This document shows positions 58,247-64,000 of a DNA stretch of 64,000 nucleotides, one piece after another. The DNA is from the human T2T-CHM13v2.0 reference genome, Homo sapiens. Made by a program: the position numbers and the translations under genes. How positions within the stretch are numbered: the first letter of the stretch is position 1; every line of letters starts with the position of its first letter. Below the pieces are notes generated by a model, which searched no databases, was not told the origin of the DNA, and saw only the letters and a list, made by a program, of their open reading frames with translations. Where the stretch lies: the NCBI RefSeq assembly GCF_009914755.1, contig NC_060928.1. One strand, written 5' to 3'.

Positions 58247-58908
58247 ATTACAAATCCTGAATGCCATTTTGATGTGTAGCCAATTTGGGAAACTAATTCA
58301 CTGTGGAATAAGCATTTTGATAAGTGAGATTACACAGCACAGGGCACTTTCTTTTTCAGTCTCGTTTTTATAGTCTCTAAGGAGGGTTACAAGAGGAGGG
58401 GGAGAGGAAGAAGACATTGGGAGGCCCAGGTCCAGCCAAAAAAGCAACATTTCAGTCATTACCAGAAAATTAAATGCTTCCTAGTATGTGAATGATTCCT
58501 TAAGGTCTGGGCAACCACAGGTATGAGTAGAGCCCATAGAGTTCCCTCAAAAGACACAGAGATTCTAGTAGCACCTACTATTAACGAAACAAAAATCATT
58601 GCAAGGGTGTGTGCAGATTATTGAATGCCTCTGCACGTAAGTTTCAGATCTTCTAATTCCATATTTATCTATCTCTGGTTAATCTACTGCCTTTAAAGTG
58701 TTTTAAGTTGTTGTTTTCTGAGCTATGTCTAACTCTAATGTATTGAGCTACTGGTTCATTTCCTAATCAGAACTGACTCCTGGAGTCCACCACCAGCCTT
58801 GCCCTGTCTACAAGCTCCTTTTTGCCTTGCCTTCATTCTCTAACATATTCTCTGAGTTGCTATTAATTTGTGGTGCTTTTCCTAACAGTGTACCTATATT
58901 TAGATCAA

Positions 58909-59428
58909 TAACGGGTTCCTGAAGAAAACTGTCACTTTTGTAGTGACAGTTTCATAGTATCTAGACTGCCAACATGGGCTCAGTTTGACTATGTTTTAGA
59001 GAAGCTTCTTCCTTACTATAGCCCCTGACTTCCCTTTCCTTTAGAAAACTTGTAATTACAGATTTCTTCTCTGCGTCCTTGAAATGCAGATCTTTATAAA
59101 AGCCTCTTGTCAGATTTACCACACAGGACTGTCTCACTAGGACCTGGGAGCCATCCCTTTGATATATAATCATCATCAAGGAAGACAGCACCTCTACCTC
59201 CCAGCCTCTGTGGTAGGGTAGGAATCTGACTTCAATGGGTGACATATTCTAAGTTGTAAAACTATGTCTAGTTATGAAAATATCAGAAAGTTTACTTTTC
59301 ATTTGGGTAACACCAATTAACAACCATAAATGGCCTATGTCCACCCCTTTCCACACTGCATTTCAATAAATTAAAATAAAGTCTTCCTTGCCTGTTTAAC
59401 TTTATCCTGTATAATTTTTGCTTTGAGG
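58909..59428 (+). mobile_element. MER34/MER39-group ERV1 solo LTR
   Basis: ggacctgggagccatccctttga...catcaaggaagacagcacc...aataaagtcttccttgcctgtttaac. Confidence 0.7.
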
Positions 59429-60394
59429 TCTAATGATTTCTCATACATTAACCTAAATATAGTGACTATTAAGATATTTCATTACTGATTTAAGAATTCT
59501 TAATTGGAACCATTTATTAAATTAGCAAAGAAATATGAAAACAACATTTTCCATAGAATTTTTTATTTTTTTAGTGTTGTTACATTATTTTGTATTTGAT
59601 AAAATCAGGTCACCTTGTACCACTTAAACAAATATAAACATTTTTATAATAATTTATATCAAACTAATATTTTTATATTTCTAAATCATTCCTATTTATA
59701 CACATGATAAAATACAATGAAGTTTGTGTGCCAATTAAATAATATTCCAGACATTTTCCTAAGCACCATCTGTTCTCCCTTTTAAATACTCAAATGTTCA
59801 GCTTAATAGAGTATGTCCTGAATCTTCCTGTTCCATATTTGCCATATTATATTGCATTATTTTTTCCACATTATTAATCTGAAATGATGATCATCATTAC
59901 TTTCTTATGTGCTATAATTTTATAAATATATCCGGCTATTTTACATCTGATGGTTCAGGCTGAATTTATAATGACCATGAATTATCTCTCTGAGTGTCAT
60001 TTTAAGGTGTCCATGTGCTTTTATAATGTTTTCTAAAGTAAAAATTGAAGAAAACAGTCGCATATTTTACATAGCTCTTGTTGGTGTTTTCTTATTTGTG
60101 AAAGTGTATAACTTTTATTGTTCTTATTTTTTAAAAAGAGTGTTCATTTTTAAATAAGATAGAACAATGTGATGATTCCTGGACTCTTCAATAAGCACCT
60201 AGAGAGTAATAGGAGCTTTTTATAACATTCAAGAGAAATTATAATTGTATCAGTCATCTTGGCATATCCTTAATGATTTGCCACCAGAATGTTTTAAGGA
60301 TGGTCCTGACTTTTAATTCAAAATAGTAAGATTTAAATGTTACATTTTAAAGCTTTAAGGATAAGAATAAAAGATAATTCAATTGAATTTGATT

Positions 60395-60530
60395 TTTAGG
60401 TTAAAGATACAGAAGCACTGAGAAGTTAAGTTGCCCAAAATGACATTGCTAGAAGATGGCAAGCCCAGGCATAAGTCTGGGTTGCTATGCACCAAGCTGC
60501 AAGCTTTTAATCAGTAGGCTAAACTGCCTT
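60395..60530 (-). mobile_element. MIR
   Basis: gagaagttaagttgcccaaaatgaca..gctagaagatggcaagcccagg. Confidence 0.65.
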
Positions 60531-61629
60531 CTAAGTAAATTACTTGGAAGAAATGAATATGCTGTTTGCTTCTTTGCTCCCTAAAGCATTATCTGGCACA
60601 CCCTCATGATTCAAGGCCCAAGTTACTCTATTCTTTTGATCCTTTCCACTACAAAATTCATTGATCTTAGAAACAGCTTGTGTGATAGACAAAGCTATAA
60701 CTAAATGTGAAATGTCATTATTTGGCAATCTGAAATCAAAATTAGATATTCCTATTTAAATTTCAAAATCTGTATACACACACAGGTGACTGTATCCTAG
60801 ATTTTGAAGTAATACACTTTTTATATTTTGAACACTGTTTTTCTCTATTCCCAGTTTCCCCTTAATTTTACATTGCTTGATGCGCTTTCTACAGTCCTTT
60901 CACCCTGTCTCAACATAGAGTGGAGGGTAAGCATCCCCCAGAGCTAGCTGTATTCCCATTCTCCAAATTAGCTGATTATGGGCTGAGATAGATGCCATTC
61001 TCTCGGAGGTGTGGAACTTCTTCATCTAAAATGACCAGTCTCTACAGACCAATTAAGCAAAAGAATGCTGAGCCGGCTTCCGACAGGTAAAGCTCTCAAA
61101 ACACACAGCAACTGTCAGGCTATGAACCTCTAAGCAATTTCTGTGAGAGAATTTTCTGAAAGGTTGAGCTAATGGGTTTGAGTACAGCTGTGCACAATGT
61201 TTTGCAGAGCCAGCAAAACTAGGGAAATGTAAGTTTTTGCCAGTTTGCTAGAACAGTGGTTCTCTGCTTTCATAAACAAGGTCCTGTAGATATGCAAGGG
61301 ATTCCTTCACTACTAAAGACTGCTCTTCATTTGGAGTAAGCACCAATTTTGAACTCAGACCACCCTGTGGCCTTCATCTGCTTAAACATAAAAAAAAGAC
61401 AAAGTCAAGTTTTATTGAGTAGATTTGGCTACACTTGTACTTTCATCTGTTCCCTGAGCTTTTATGTTCTTTCCAGGGGAATTTCTCAGCAGGCTTTTCT
61501 GCATAATGATATCTGAAATGCTGTCACCACTAATCGATCTCAAACTTGTTTGAAGGGGTATCATATATTACTGAGGAATCAAACTGCATACATTTTCCTT
61601 ATTTAACATGAACTTTATTATAATAAGGG

Positions 61630-61850
61630 AAAGTGGAAAAAACTGAGGCTTCGGAATCCAAAGGTTTGGATTAGAACTCTGGGTTTAATCACCTAATAGT
61701 TGTGTGTTCCTGGGTAAGTTAGTTAGCCCCTTCCTATTAGCTTTATCATTGTTAATTCATCTCACATATTATGGTGATTAAGTCTGCTCATGTATCTGAA
61801 ATGTGTCCAGGGGGTGCCTGGTACATTGTGTGTGCTTGCTGAGTGAATCT
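61630..61850 (+). mobile_element. MIR
   Basis: cctaatagttgtgtgttcctgggtaagtt...gtgcctggtacat. Confidence 0.6.
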
Positions 61851-61915
61851 TCCTTACCTATACTCTAGATATTTTTAAAGAACAAAATTGGTCCGGAATT
61901 TTTTATTTTTTAAAT

Positions 61916-62119
61916 TTCATTTATTCATTCATTCATTCATTCATCCAGTCATTCATTTAGTAAGAGATAGAGTCTCACTATGTTGCCCAGGCAGGAGTGT
62001 AGTCTATTTATAGGTGTGGTCATAGCACACTATATCCTTGAACTCCTGGACTCAAGGGATCCTCCCACTTCAGCCTCCCATGTACCTGGGACTATAGGAA
62101 CATGTCATTGTGCCCAGCT
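61916..62119 (-). mobile_element. FAM (fossil Alu monomer) with (TTCA)n tail
   Basis: Single monomer retaining the 7SL-derived segment ctatttataggtgtggtcatagcacacta that dimeric Alu lacks. Confidence 0.75.
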
Positions 62120-62224
62120 AGTCTTGAAGTTTCTTTAAAGACTACTACATTTTTAGTGGATGACACCATTGAGGTTTCCAACCTTATTTCTATGTTTATC
62201 AACATTATGATTGTGTTTCACTCA

Positions 62225-62530
62225 AGACAAGCAAAGAGTGGTGTAGTGGACCAATGTGCTCCATGACCTATTTTTGCATAGTCCATGAGCTAATGATGAT
62301 TTTTACAATTTTAATTGCTAAAGAAAGAGAATATTTTGTGACACATGAAAATTATATGAAATCAATATTTGAGTGCCGTTTAAAACATACTCACACACTT
62401 AAGTTTTGTGCGTGCCTGCTTTAGTGCAGCAATGGCCCAGTTGAGTAGTTGCCAACAGAAACCATAGAGTCTACAAAGTCATATACTTTATACTATCTGG
62501 CTCTTTACTGAAAAAATTTACAGATCCATG
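62225..62530 (+). mobile_element. MER58B-like (hAT-Charlie) element
   Basis: gagctaa..atgatttttaca...gtgacacatgaaaattatatgaaat...gttgagtagttgc...tactatctggctctttac. Confidence 0.75.
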
Positions 62531-63973
62531 ATCCAGAATATTAGATATGGTCTGATCAACATATTAAGAATGATTTCACTGATCATATCACTGCTCAAAA
62601 ATGTCAATCCATCTATTATGTTTAATATAGAATTAAACAAAAGGTGAGCACTGACTGGTATTATTATTTCTTATTTGTTTTTGTTTTTTGTGTGTGTGTT
62701 TTCTGGGATGTAAGTCACACAGATGGCAAATGAAATTCAAACAAGCACTTTATTCCAAAGAACATATCCTGGAGTGAGGAGGCTCTAAAGCTCTAGTTAT
62801 TCTAGAAAATTTTCATGTAACTTGTGTAAATCACTTTGCTGACTAGGAACTCATTTTTTTTTCTATTTATGGTCAAATAACCACTAGCCTTATATTAAAA
62901 TCTAAAATTCTAGAATTTAAATTCAGTAGGTTTTTAATTTTCCTTACCAAAGCTTCCCTCATCATCTTAAACTTAGTATTTTATTCAATGTCAAAATTTA
63001 AAAAAAAGTTGCTAAATATTAAGATATACATATTTTTAAAACTTAGTCTTCAACTATTTAAAAGTAGTCTTTATGATTTTTAAATTTAGTTGACCAGAAT
63101 TTTCTTTGAAAAGTGATAGAAATACAGTGAATTAATTTTTTGACACTGTGGCCTCCTGGCCTAGAAAATAGTAAATACAAAGCATAGCTTTTTTTCTTTA
63201 TACTTCATGGCTTCCTTTCATATTCTAAATATTTCTAAAGTTACTATGCTTTATTGAAAGCTGTCTGAGTCTAGTGTTTTTGTTTCCATAATATAATTGG
63301 AGAAATGTTGAGAAAAACAAGGAGAAAACTGGTACACATTACATTTCTTTGTGTCCTTGTAGACATTTTTTGTCCTTTTCAATTTTTGATCCCAAAATAA
63401 ATTTGTCCATGTACATACACATTTGAGTGAAAAGACTGATGAAGGACAAAAGGATTTGAATCCAAAGAAACAGGACAGTGCAATAAGTTGTGAAAAATTA
63501 GGGCAGTATGGGAGGCAGGAAAAAATTAGGGCACTGCAATTCAGAGATAGGGAGAAGTAGAGGGCAAGGAATAGCATACTATGACAGGTGAAGAATGAGC
63601 TGGGTCTACACATTATAAAGAGGGAAGATGGAGCACATGGATAGGGAGGAATAATCATATGAACATCTGCTTACTCAAAATAAGTTGTCAATACCCCAAA
63701 GGTGAGATATAAAACAAAACAAGAAAAACGGCAGTGGAAGGGTTCCAGATTGCTTATGAAAAATTTAAGAGATGTTAGGAAGATGAAATAAATTTATCTT
63801 TTCCTGAAAAAATAGACCTAGTTTGTCTTTGGGTGCTTCCTTCTTCGTTATGTTCCCAAATCTTAATTTACTTTGTAAAATTATAATAGATTTTTAAAAA
63901 AACATAACCTATTATACACACTGGATTTTATTTTGTAACTACCATAGTTTTAGTCTAAATAAGTACTATTCAA

Positions 63974-64000
63974 GGCCGGGTGTGTTGGCTCATGCCTGTA
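63974..64000 (+). mobile_element. Alu 5' end running off the window edge
   Basis: ggccgggtgtgttggctcatgcctgta. Confidence 0.9.

Overview
AT-rich, repeat-dense primate nuclear DNA, almost certainly human because it carries an AluYa5 and an AluYb-lineage insertion. It looks like gene desert or deep intron. I found no credible protein-coding exon, RNA gene, CpG island or CRISPR array. Most listed ORFs derive from Alu, L1 or MaLR elements or from low-complexity sequence, and the rest look like chance ORFs. The window holds two complete THE1 (MaLR) proviruses, several solo LTRs, a decayed ERVL reverse-transcriptase fossil, L1s of several ages, a HAL1 element, about 10 Alu-family elements, and MIR, L2 and DNA-transposon fossils. 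The most notable structures are: an ~800-bp palindrome-rich (TA)n/(CA)n array grown from L1PB words; three L1 5'-inversions (twin priming); several micro-duplication/inversion hairpins; an ~108-bp non-L1 insert with an ATTAAA signal inside an old L1; and two deletion junctions. I see no evidence for a new biological system. Repeat subfamily names come from recalled consensus motifs, not from a database search.
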